Assembly: GCA_963716255.1 (NCBI GenBank)
Contig: OY970303.1
Location: forward strand, 7,360,001-7,424,000
Length of the DNA stretch: 64,000 nt
Reading direction: 5' to 3'
Source: an uncultured Gemmatimonadales bacterium
Lineage (GTDB): Bacteria; Gemmatimonadota; Gemmatimonadetes; Longimicrobiales; Longimicrobiaceae
The first letter of the stretch is position 1. Every line of letters starts with the position of its first letter. Below are positions 29,893 through 38,726 of this stretch, piece after piece. A program made the position numbers and the translations under genes. Below the pieces are notes generated by a model. That model made no database searches. It saw nothing but the letters and a program-made list of their open reading frames with translations, and was not told where the DNA came from.

Positions 29893-30198
29893 CGCGAGTC
29901 TTCTCCGGGGGTGGTGGGGTGGAGCGGACCGGCCGGCGGGCGCGGCCGGGTTCCGCTCGCGCGGGAGCGGCTGCACGCCGATGCGGGGGCGGCGACGGCA
30001 GGACGGCGGGAATTTGTCGCGACACCCGACAAATACCATATAGGCACGGGAGGCGGCGCGCGGCAAGGGCGACACGGCCTCCCGCGCCGCTTCCGCCCCA
30101 TTTCGTCAACCGTCGTGACGAATTCGCGCCGGGGAGCGGACGCGTCCGGCGCCGAACTTGCGCGCGGCCGCGGCGACCCGGTCACGGAGGAGCGGCCG

Positions 30199-30756
30199 AT
30201 GAAGAGCGAGCGGCAGAAGATGCTGGCGGGGGAGCCGTACGACCCCCTGGACCCCGAGCTGGCCGCGGCGCGGGCGCGCGCGCGGGACCTGTGCCAGGCG
30301 CTGAACGCCACCCGCGAGGCGGAGCAGGACGCGCGGCGCCGCATCCTGGGCGATCTGTTCGGCGCGGGCGGAGACACGGTGTGGATGCAGACGCCGTTCT
30401 TCTGCGACTACGGCTCCAACATCAAGCTGGGGGAGCGCGTGTTCTTCAACTTCAACTGCGTGGTGCTGGACGTGTGCCCGGTGCGCATCGGCAGCTTCAC
30501 GCTCTTCGGGCCCGCGGTGCAGATCCTCACTCCGCTGCACCCCATGGACGCCGCGCTGCGCCGGCGCGAGGAGTTCGGCAGGCCGGTGGAGATCGGGTCG
30601 GACGTGTGGGTGGGGGGCGGGGCCATCATCCTGCCCGGCGTGCGGATCGGGTCGCGCGCCGTGGTGGGCGCGGGGAGCGTGGTCACGCGCGACGTGCCGG
30701 AGGGGGTGTTCGCCGCCGGGAACCCGTGCCGTGTCATCCGGGAGGTCGCGGAGTGA
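30199..30756 (+). CDS. maa: Maltose/galactoside O-acetyltransferase
   Basis: KMLAGEPY, CDYGSNI, hexapeptide repeats, GAGSVVTRDVP, GNPCRVI. Confidence 0.9.
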   Translation: MKSERQKMLAGEPYDPLDPELAAARARARDLCQALNATREAEQDARRRILGDLFGAGGDTVWMQTPFFCDYGSNIKLGERVFFNFNCVVLDVCPVRIGSFTLFGPAVQILTPLHPMDAALRRREEFGRPVEIGSDVWVGGGAIILPGVRIGSRAVVGAGSVVTRDVPEGVFAAGNPCRVIREVAE

Positions 30757-30795
30757 TCATTGGACCGGTCGCATGGGGATGAAAAGCTTGGGTTC

Positions 30796-30946
30796 GGGCG
30801 TGCCCCCGGCTGCGCCGGGGTCGGGCTTCGGCTCCGTAACGCACGAAACAACCGTGCGTAACGGAGTCGAGCCCCGGCGGAAACAGCCCCGCCGGGTCTC
30901 GCCCCTTCGGGCCGAAATCCCTCACGCGGGTTTCGCGCTGGCGTCC
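30796..30946 (-). repeat. Repeat family A, copy 4
   Basis: Reverse complement of consensus, followed by module B. Confidence 0.9.
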
Positions 30947-31098
30947 GCTGGGGTGGGCCCCCTCACCCCCCGGCCCCCTCTCCCCCGCAAGCGGGGGAAA
31001 GGGGGAGGACTGCACGGCTTCCCTGCATCCGCGTGTTGCGGATGCCCGGGGGCGCCTGGCTCGCACGGATTGCGGATGAGCGGACGCATGGAGGGACG

Positions 31099-31674
31099 GT
31101 GAACTCCAACGACGCGCTCGCCCTGCTGCGCGCGGCGGTCCCCGCGGCGGAAGGCGAGACGTGGGCGGACCTGGGGGCGGGCGGGGGCGTGTTCACCCGC
31201 GCGCTCGCGGCGCTGGTGGGCGAAGCGGGGCACGTGTACGCGGCGGACGCGGACGGGCGGGCGGTGCGCGCGCTGCGTGCGTGGGCGGCGGAGGCGCGCG
31301 GCGGACCCGCCGTCACGGTGCTCCGGGCGGACGTCACGGCGCCGCTCTCGCTTCCCCCGCTGGACGGGGTGCTCCTGGCCAACGTGCTCCACTTCGTCGC
31401 GGACGCGGGGGCCGCGCTGCCGCGCATCGCCGCGCACCTGCGCCCCGGCGGGCGCCTTGTGCTGGTGGAGTACGAGGGGCGGCGGCCGGGCCCCTGGGTG
31501 CCGTACCCGGTGTCCGCAGCGCGCTTCCGGGAGCTGGCCCCCGCCGCCGGGCTCGGTCCGCCGGAGGTGGTCGCCACTCGCCCCTCCGCCTACGGCGGAG
31601 AGATGTACGTCGCCACGGCGCTGCGGGCGGAGGACGCGGCGGAGCCTGGAGGGATGATCGGCTGGCCGGTTTGA
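31099..31674 (+). CDS. Class I SAM-dependent methyltransferase
   Basis: WADLGAGGG, ANVLHF, LRPGGRLVLVEY. Confidence 0.85.
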   Translation: MNSNDALALLRAAVPAAEGETWADLGAGGGVFTRALAALVGEAGHVYAADADGRAVRALRAWAAEARGGPAVTVLRADVTAPLSLPPLDGVLLANVLHFVADAGAALPRIAAHLRPGGRLVLVEYEGRRPGPWVPYPVSAARFRELAPAAGLGPPEVVATRPSAYGGEMYVATALRAEDAAEPGGMIGWPV

Positions 31675-31785
31675 ACGGAAAGATTTGGCCGTACTCACGG
31701 CTGCGGCTCCGCAGCACGATCAGGTACTGGACGCACAGTGGCGCCGGAGGGCCCCGGCGGGTATAGCCGGTTCCGGAGAAACAGA

Positions 31786-31819
31786 CGGGGGAATCTCGCC
31801 GCGTGATTCCCCCGCTTTT
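31786..31819. terminator. Probable bidirectional intrinsic terminator between convergent genes
   Basis: Stem CGGGGGAATC / GATTCCCCCG with T-rich tails on both strands. Confidence 0.6.
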
Positions 31820-31865
31820 GTCCGTGTGTCGCTCGGCCCGGTACTCCCCGAAGCGCGAAGCCGGT

Positions 31866-32099
31866 CTAGGGATTGATCAAGCAGGCGCACGTGCCGTCCA
31901 GCACGCATTTGCCGCCGGGATAACCCCGGTCCACGCACCACTGGTGACAGAAAGCATTCCCTCCCGGTGACGGTATGCAGATCCCATCGCCTTCTGTTAT
32001 CTGAGGCCCTGCGAACGCCTGGGTGGCTCCGAACCCGAACACGATCGCGCAGGAGACGCCGGACAGCCCCGTGCGCAGGTAGATGAAGGAACGGCTCAT
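31866..32099 (-). CDS. Secreted 77-aa CS-alpha/beta defensin-like peptide
   Basis: RBS GGAGA; signal-like N-terminus ending AFA; mature region C-x9-C-x3-C-x9-C-x5-C-x-C with GGKC. Confidence 0.75.
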   Translation of the reverse strand: MSRSFIYLRTGLSGVSCAIVFGFGATQAFAGPQITEGDGICIPSPGGNAFCHQWCVDRGYPGGKCVLDGTCACLINP

Positions 32100-32362
32100 C
32101 ACGTTCTCCGGTGAAGCGGTGAACCCGCGAGCGGTGCGGGCACGAGGGGGGAAACACGTTAAGCGCCGTTTTGCCGCACGGCAATGATTCAGTTCGGCTA
32201 CTTCTCCGAAGACGTCCCAGGTGCAACGGAGTCGAGACCCGGCGGGTGAATCTCTGAACCGAGGTGCCCCGCCGGCGATGCTCTGGGCAACCGGATCGAT
32301 GGTTGACTCTTCTGGCCTATTCAGGGTTTCCCGGCGGCCGCCCGTCTCGCGCGAATTCTGCG

Positions 32363-32749
32363 TCACGCCTCGTCCGCCTCGCTGAGCCCCGCGTGGGCGA
32401 GGGCGTCCGCGAGCCGGTCGAAGCGGGCGTAGTACGCCACCCGCCCGCCCGCCACGCGGAACACCGAGGCGACCTCCGCCTCGCCGAGGGCGTCGCCGCC
32501 TTCCGGGGAGCGCCACTCGGCGTGCTGCTGCACCACCACCGCGTCTCCGCGCGCAAAGGTGCGGCGCGGGTGCAGCCGGACGCGCGCGTGCCCCAGCCAC
32601 CCGCGCAGCAACTCCAGGCCGCGCCCGGAGCCGCGCGGGCCCACGATCTCCACATCGGGAGAGGAAAGGGCCAGGACCGCGTCGGGGTCCTCGCGGTTCA
32701 GCGCTTCCTGCCAGGCCAGCACTACGGCTGCGGGCGACGGGTCGTGCAT
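32363..32749 (-). CDS. SnoaL/NTF2-like protein
   Basis: ALNREDPDAVLAL...FRVAGGRV pattern, 128 aa. Confidence 0.75.
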   Translation of the reverse strand: MHDPSPAAVVLAWQEALNREDPDAVLALSSPDVEIVGPRGSGRGLELLRGWLGHARVRLHPRRTFARGDAVVVQQHAEWRSPEGGDALGEAEVASVFRVAGGRVAYYARFDRLADALAHAGLSEADEA

Positions 32750-32936
32750 GGGTTCTCCACGGTGTCGGGGGCGGTCGGCGGGCAGATCCGCCCGCGCAGT
32801 CTCTCGTACGGAAGCCATGTGAGCACGCTCCTCGGGCATCGTCAAGGCGCCGGAGGCAGGAATGCCGCGCGGTCCTCTCCCTTACTCCCGCTCGCGGGGG
32901 AGATGGGGGCCGGGGGGTGAGGGGGCCCACCCCGGC

Positions 32937-33088
32937 GGACGCCAGCGCCAAAGCCGCGTGAGGGATTTCGGCCCGAAGGGGCGAGACCCCGCGGGGCAGT
33001 TTCCGCGGGGGCTCGACTCCGTTAGCCCGCGTTGTTTGCGGGCTTACGGAGCCGAAGCCCGACCCCGGCGCCAGCCGGGGGCACGCCC
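32937..33088 (+). repeat. Repeat family A, copy 5
   Basis: Matches consensus, preceded by module B. Confidence 0.9.
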
Positions 33089-33365
33089 GGACCCTGGTCT
33101 TTCACCCACGTAGTTGCGCCGCCGAACCCGCAGGGGCTCAGGGAGGCGCTGGCGGGCGAGCCCCGCCGACGCCCGGTCCGGCGCGGACGGCCCCTGGTGG
33201 CGCGGCGCCCCGGCGCCGTACTTTCCAGGCCTCGTCGCGGAGGCTGCTCCCTGGGGGGCGCGAGAAGCCCGCGGGGACGCCGGAGGAGCACGTGAACCCC
33301 CGGGACCGGTGCGCGCCTGGCTCCCGGCCCCGATCCGCCCCACCGCCCACCGGAGCCGAGGCCGC

Positions 33366-34421
33366 GTGCACGCATCCATCCGCAGGGTCCTGGGCTCGCA
33401 GGAGACCGGGCTGGTCGTCGTGGTGGCGCTCGTCGCCGTGGGGCTCGCGCTGCTCGCGGGGTCGCACGTGGACCGCCGCACCGGCGAGATGGTCAACGAC
33501 TTCTGGAACTCGCACACCCTCATCCAGACGGCCACGGACGCGAGCTTCTTCGCCATCATGGCGCTGGGGGCCACGGTGGTCATCATCTCGGGCGGGATCG
33601 ACCTGTCGGTGGGGTCGATCTACGCCCTTTCCGGCGTGTGCATGGCCCTCCTCCTCCGCGCCGCGGGGCCCATGGGCGACACGCGGACAGTGCTCCTGGG
33701 GTTCCTGGCGTGCGCCGGGGTGGGGCTTCTCTGCGGGCTGGTGAACGGCGCGCTGGTGGTGGGGCTGCGGGTGCACCCCTTCATCATCACCCTGGGCACC
33801 ATGTGGATGCTGCGCGGCGTGGCCTTCGTCGCCACGCGGGCGGAAAGCATCCTGGTGCCGACTGCGCTCACCGCCGTCGCCAAGGCGCCGCTGGGGCTGG
33901 GGAGCGGGGGCCTGTACCCGGTGCCCATGCTGGCGATGCTGGTGCTGGCCGCGGTGGGCGCCGTCTACCTGACGCGCACGGTGCCCGGGCGGCACGTGTT
34001 CGCCTTCGGCGGCAACCTGGAGGCGAGCCGCTTCGCCGGGCTCCCGCTGGGGCGCATCCAGGTGGGGGTGTTCGCCGTGTCGGGGCTCACGGCGGGGATC
34101 GCGGCGTTCCTGGGGGCGAGCTTCTACGGCTCGGCGTCGTCGGGCGACGCGCAGGGCTACGAGCTGTACGTGATCGCCTCGGCGGTGGTGGGCGGGGCGA
34201 GCCTGGTGGGGGGGAAGGGGAGCGCGCTCGGGGCGATGCTGGGCGCCGTGCTGATCGTGCTCTTCCGGCAGTCCATCCGCACGCTTCGGCTGGACCAGAA
34301 CTACGAGTGGATCGTCATCGGCTGCGCGATCATCCTGGCGGTGGTGGTGGACCAGTGGAGCGGCCGCGTGGCGGCCCGGCGCTTGAGCCGGCCGGCGGAA
34401 AGCGCGCGGGCGCACGGGTGA
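33366..34421 (+). CDS. Sugar ABC transporter permease (RbsC/XylH-like)
   Basis: GGIDLSVGS, PFIITLG, GGNLEASRFAG, YELYVIASAVVGGASL. Confidence 0.92.
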   Translation: MHASIRRVLGSQETGLVVVVALVAVGLALLAGSHVDRRTGEMVNDFWNSHTLIQTATDASFFAIMALGATVVIISGGIDLSVGSIYALSGVCMALLLRAAGPMGDTRTVLLGFLACAGVGLLCGLVNGALVVGLRVHPFIITLGTMWMLRGVAFVATRAESILVPTALTAVAKAPLGLGSGGLYPVPMLAMLVLAAVGAVYLTRTVPGRHVFAFGGNLEASRFAGLPLGRIQVGVFAVSGLTAGIAAFLGASFYGSASSGDAQGYELYVIASAVVGGASLVGGKGSALGAMLGAVLIVLFRQSIRTLRLDQNYEWIVIGCAIILAVVVDQWSGRVAARRLSRPAESARAHG

Positions 34422-34444
34422 ATCCCCTGAGCGGAGAGAAGAAG

Positions 34445-35500
34445 ATGAGAGCACGGATCGCGCGGGGCGCGGCGCTCCCCCTGCTGCTGGCGGCGCTGGC
34501 GGGGTGCGGCGGCGGCGAGCGGGCGGCGGACGAGGGCGGGGAGACCGCGGCGGCGGGCAGGCAGGCGGGCGCGGGGGGCGACGACGGCCGCATCCTCATC
34601 GCGCTGATCGCGAAGAGCTCCAACAACCCGGTGTTCCTGGCCGCGCGCACCGGCGCGGAGGCCGCGGCGAAGGAGATCTCGGCGCAGCCGGGCGGGCCGC
34701 GGGTGGAGATCGCCTGGCTGACGCCGCCGCAGGAGGACGGGCAGGTGCAGGCGCAGCGCATCCAGCAGGCGGTCAACGACGGCGCGGACGCCATCCTCAT
34801 CTCCGCCTCGGACGCGGGCAAGGTGGCCGGCGCCATCGACGACGCGGTGGGGCGCGGGGTGGAGGTGATGACCTTCGACAGCGACGTGCCGCAGTCCCGG
34901 CGCTTCGCCTACTACGGCGTGGACGACATGCAGGTGGGGCGGGCGGTGATGGCAGAGCTGGCGACGCAGATGGGAGGAAAGGGCTCCGTGGCGATCCTGG
35001 CCGGCAACCAGAACGCGCCCAACCTGCAGCGGCGCGCGCAGGGGGTGCGCGAGGAGGCGGCGAAGCACCCGGGGATCAAGGTGGTGGACGTGTTCAACCA
35101 CATCGAGACCCCACAGGACGCGGCCGCCGAGGTGATCCGCGTCAACAACGCCTACCCCGAGGTGACCGGCTGGGCGATGGTGGGCGGCTGGCCGCTGTTC
35201 ACGCAGACGCTGCTCACCGACCTGGACCCCGCCCGCACCAGGGTGGTGGCGGTGGACGCGCTCCCGGCGCAGCTGCCGTACGTGGAGCGGGGGATCGCCC
35301 CGGTGCTCCTGGCGCAGCCCGTGTACCAGTGGGGGTACGTGGGGGTGAAGACCATCGTGGACAAGCTGGGCGGCAAGCCGGTGCAGGCCCGCATCCCCAT
35401 GGAGCCGGTGCGGGTGAGCCGCCAGAACCTGGGCGAGTGGGCCCGCCAGCTGCAGGCGTGGGGGTTCACGGACGTGAACCCGGCCTACCTGAGGCTGTAG
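34445..35500 (+). CDS. Sugar ABC transporter substrate-binding lipoprotein
   Basis: Lipobox LAGC; KSSNNPVF, TFDSD; periplasmic binding protein type I pattern. Confidence 0.9.
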   Translation: MRARIARGAALPLLLAALAGCGGGERAADEGGETAAAGRQAGAGGDDGRILIALIAKSSNNPVFLAARTGAEAAAKEISAQPGGPRVEIAWLTPPQEDGQVQAQRIQQAVNDGADAILISASDAGKVAGAIDDAVGRGVEVMTFDSDVPQSRRFAYYGVDDMQVGRAVMAELATQMGGKGSVAILAGNQNAPNLQRRAQGVREEAAKHPGIKVVDVFNHIETPQDAAAEVIRVNNAYPEVTGWAMVGGWPLFTQTLLTDLDPARTRVVAVDALPAQLPYVERGIAPVLLAQPVYQWGYVGVKTIVDKLGGKPVQARIPMEPVRVSRQNLGEWARQLQAWGFTDVNPAYLRL

Positions 35501-35508
35501 CGCGGTCC

Positions 35509-37008
35509 ATGGCCGAGCCCGCCGTCCGCTTCCGGGGGATCACCCGCCGCTTCCCGGGCGTCCTCGCCCTGGACGACGTGTCGCTGGACGTGGCGGCGGG
35601 CTCGTGCCACGCGCTGTGCGGCGAGAACGGGGCGGGCAAGAGCACGCTGGGCAAGGTGCTGGCGGGGATCCACCCGGCCGACGCGGGGACGCTGGAGGTG
35701 CACGGCCGCGAGGTGAGGTTTGGGGGCCCGCGCGACGCGCTGGCGGCGGGGGTGGGGATGGTGCACCAGGAGCTGGCCTTCTGCCACAACCTGTCGGTGG
35801 CGGAGAACCTGTGCCTGGGCGCGCTCCCCTCGCGCGGCGGGGTGGTGTCGCGCGCGGAGACCGTCCGCCGCGCGGAGGCGATGCTGGCGGAGGTGGGCGC
35901 CGACGTGGACCCCACCCGCCTGGTGGGCGAGCTCAACGTGGCGCAGCAGCAGATGGTGCAGATCGCCTCGGCGGTGGGGAGCGGGGCCCGCGTGATCGTC
36001 TTCGACGAGCCCACCAGCAGCCTGAGCCAGCCGGAGGCGGAGCGGCTGTACGACCTGGTGGGGCGGCTCCGCGCGCGCGGCGTCACCTGCATCTTCGTGT
36101 CGCACCGCATGCCGGAGATCTTCCGCCTGTGCGACGCGGTGAGCGTGCTGCGCGACGGCAGGCACGTGGCCACGCGCCCCACGGAGGGGCTGACGGAGGC
36201 GGAGCTGGTGCGGATGATGATCGGGCGGCCGCTGGGCGAGTACTTCCCTCGCCACCTGGACGCCGCGCCGGGCGGGGAGCTGCTGCGGGTGGAGGGGCTG
36301 TCCGCGCCGGGACGGTTCACGGACGTGTCGTTCACGCTGCGGGCGGGGGAGGTGGTGGGGCTGGCGGGGCTGGTGGGCGCCGGCCGCTCGGAGATCGCGC
36401 AGGCGCTCTTCGGGCTGGAGCCCGGGGTGACGGGGCGCGTGTGGGTGGGGGGAAAGCCGGCGCGCATCGGGAGTCCCGGCGCGGCGATCCGCCAGGGGCT
36501 GGGGCTGGTGCCGGAGGACCGCAAGAAGCAGGGGCTGGTGCTCATCGCGAGCGGGCTCCACAACACGTCGCTCCCCATCCTGCGCCGCCTGTCGCGCCTG
36601 GGGTGGATCCGCCGCGCCCGCGAGCGCAGACTGGCCACGGAGTACTTCGCGCGGCTGCGGGTGCGCGCGCCCGGCGTGGACACCCCGGTGGCCGGCCTCT
36701 CGGGCGGCAACCAGCAGAAGATCGTGCTGGCCCGCTGGCTAGCGGCGCGCGCCCGCATCCTCATGCTGGACGAGCCCACGCGCGGCGTGGACGTGGGCGC
36801 CAAGGCGGAGATCCACGCGCTGGTGGACGAGCTGGCGGCCGGGGGGAGCGCGGTGCTCCTCATCTCCAGCGAGCTCCCCGAGGTGCTGGCTCTCTCCAGC
36901 CGCATCCTGGTGCTGCGCGCGGGCCGCCTGGTGGGCGAATTGCCGCGCGGTGGCGCCACGCAGGACGGGCTTCTCCGCCTCATGGCGGGGCTGGGAGAAG
37001 CGGGCTGA
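35509..37008 (+). CDS. Sugar ABC transporter ATP-binding protein
   Basis: GENGAGKST, DEPT (twice), PEDRK, LSGGNQQK. Confidence 0.95.
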   Translation: MAEPAVRFRGITRRFPGVLALDDVSLDVAAGSCHALCGENGAGKSTLGKVLAGIHPADAGTLEVHGREVRFGGPRDALAAGVGMVHQELAFCHNLSVAENLCLGALPSRGGVVSRAETVRRAEAMLAEVGADVDPTRLVGELNVAQQQMVQIASAVGSGARVIVFDEPTSSLSQPEAERLYDLVGRLRARGVTCIFVSHRMPEIFRLCDAVSVLRDGRHVATRPTEGLTEAELVRMMIGRPLGEYFPRHLDAAPGGELLRVEGLSAPGRFTDVSFTLRAGEVVGLAGLVGAGRSEIAQALFGLEPGVTGRVWVGGKPARIGSPGAAIRQGLGLVPEDRKKQGLVLIASGLHNTSLPILRRLSRLGWIRRARERRLATEYFARLRVRAPGVDTPVAGLSGGNQQKIVLARWLAARARILMLDEPTRGVDVGAKAEIHALVDELAAGGSAVLLISSELPEVLALSSRILVLRAGRLVGELPRGGATQDGLLRLMAGLGEAG

Positions 37009-37056
37009 ACGGCGGGGTCCGATTGAACTGCATGGTTCGGTTGAACTGCGGGGTCC

Positions 37057-37202
37057 GGGCGTGCCCCCGGCTGCGCCGGGGTCGGGCTGCGGCTCCGTAA
37101 CGCAGCAAACAACGCTGCGTAACGGAGGCGAGCCCCGACGATACTGCCGTCGGGTCTCGCCGCTTCGCGCTCGCATCCCTCACGCGGCTCCGGGCTGGCG
37201 TC
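37057..37202 (-). repeat. Repeat family A, copy 6 (variant subtype)
   Basis: GAGGGATGCGAGCGCGAAGCGG...GAGCCGCAGCCC variant, same as copy 11. Confidence 0.88.
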
Positions 37203-37353
37203 GGCTGGAACCCCCCTCCCCCCGGCCCCCTCCCCCGCAAGGGGGGAGGGGGAGCACGACACGGTGATGGCGAGAATCGCAGCGCGGAGATGCCCCTCCC
37301 CCGGAACGGGGGAGGGTGGCGAGCCTCAAGCGAGCCGGGTGGGGGCCCCTCGC

Positions 37354-37501
37354 GGACGCAAGCGCGAGCCCCGCGTGAGGGATTTCGGCCCGAAGGGGCG
37401 AGACCCGCGGGCAGTTTCGCGGGGCTCGACTCCGTTGGGCTGCGTTGTTTGCAGCCCTACGGAGCCGAAGCCCGACCCCGGCGTCAGCCGGGGACACGCC
37501 C
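37354..37501 (+). repeat. Repeat family A, copy 7
   Basis: Matches consensus; inverted relative to copy 6. Confidence 0.9.
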
Positions 37502-37543
37502 GGACCCTGCCGTTTCCGTTCTACCCGTCACGACGCGACCGAC

Positions 37544-38725
37544 ATGAGCCGCAGCCAGACACAGGACGCCTACACTCCACGCCCGGAGCACCACTTCACT
37601 TTCGGGCTGTGGACCGTGGGCAACGTCGGGCGCGACCCCTTCGGCGAGGCGGTGCGCGCACCGCTGCCACCCGAGTCCATCGTGCACAAGCTGGGCGAGA
37701 TCGGCGCCTACGGCGTGAACCTGCACGACGAGGACCTGGTGCCGCGCGACGCCCCGGCGGCGGAGCGCGACCGCATCGTCCGCGGCTTCCGCGCGGCGCT
37801 GGAGGAGAGCGGGGTGAAGGTTCCCATGGCGACCACCAACCTGTTCGGCGACCCGGCCTTCCGCGACGGCGCCTTCACCAGCGGCGACCCGCGGGTGCGC
37901 GCCTACGCGCTCCAGAAGACCATGCGCTCCATGGACCTGGGGGCGGAGCTCGGGGCGGAGGTGTACGTGTTCTGGGGCGGGCGCGAGGGAACGGAGACCA
38001 ACGCGGCAAAGGACCCGCGCGAGGCCCTGATGTGGTTCCGCGACGCGCTCAACTTCCTGTGCGAGTACTCCCGGGCGCAGGGCTACCCGTACCGCTTCGC
38101 CCTGGAGCCGAAGCCAAACGAGCCGCGCGGCGACATCTTCCTCCCCACCATCGGGCACGCGCTGGCGTTCATCCACACGCTGGACCACCCGGAGATGGTG
38201 GGGCTGAACCCCGAGGTGGCGCACGACACCATGGCGGGGCTGGACTTCGCGCACGGGGTGGCGCAGGCGCTGGACGCGGGCAAGCTGTTCCACGTCGACC
38301 TCAACGCGCAGAAGCCGGGGCGCTACGACCAGGACCACCGCTTCGGGAGCGAGGACCCCAAGCAGGCGTTCTTTCTGGTGAAGCTGCTGGAGGACGCGGG
38401 CTACGCGGGGATGAAGCACTTCGACAGCCACGCCTACCGCACCGAGGACGAGCGCGGAGTGTGGGACTTCGCCGCCGGGAGCATGCGCACCTACCTGATC
38501 CTGAAGGAAAAGGCGAGGCGCTGGAACGAGGACCCGGAGATCCGGCAGATGCTGGCGGAGCTGCGCGCCCGCGGCGGCGGGGCGGAGGAGCGCCCGGTGT
38601 TCAGCGCGGAGAGCGCGGCCGCGCTCCGGGAGCGGCGGTTCGACCTGGCGGCGATGCGGGCGCAGGGGTACGGCTACGAGCGGCTGGACCAGCTCACCAT
38701 GGAGATCCTGCTGGGGGTCCGCTAG
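37544..38725 (+). CDS. xylA: Xylose isomerase (class I)
   Basis: [38 protein letters not shown]; 393 aa. Confidence 0.96.
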   Translation: MSRSQTQDAYTPRPEHHFTFGLWTVGNVGRDPFGEAVRAPLPPESIVHKLGEIGAYGVNLHDEDLVPRDAPAAERDRIVRGFRAALEESGVKVPMATTNLFGDPAFRDGAFTSGDPRVRAYALQKTMRSMDLGAELGAEVYVFWGGREGTETNAAKDPREALMWFRDALNFLCEYSRAQGYPYRFALEPKPNEPRGDIFLPTIGHALAFIHTLDHPEMVGLNPEVAHDTMAGLDFAHGVAQALDAGKLFHVDLNAQKPGRYDQDHRFGSEDPKQAFFLVKLLEDAGYAGMKHFDSHAYRTEDERGVWDFAAGSMRTYLILKEKARRWNEDPEIRQMLAELRARGGGAEERPVFSAESAAALRERRFDLAAMRAQGYGYERLDQLTMEILLGVR

Positions 38726-38726
38726 G

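Noticed and set aside
32222..32250. AACGGAGTCGAGACCCGGCGG fragment upstream of the defensin-like gene
   Set aside because: Short degenerate piece of repeat A; too short to count as a copy or to argue that it mobilised the gene
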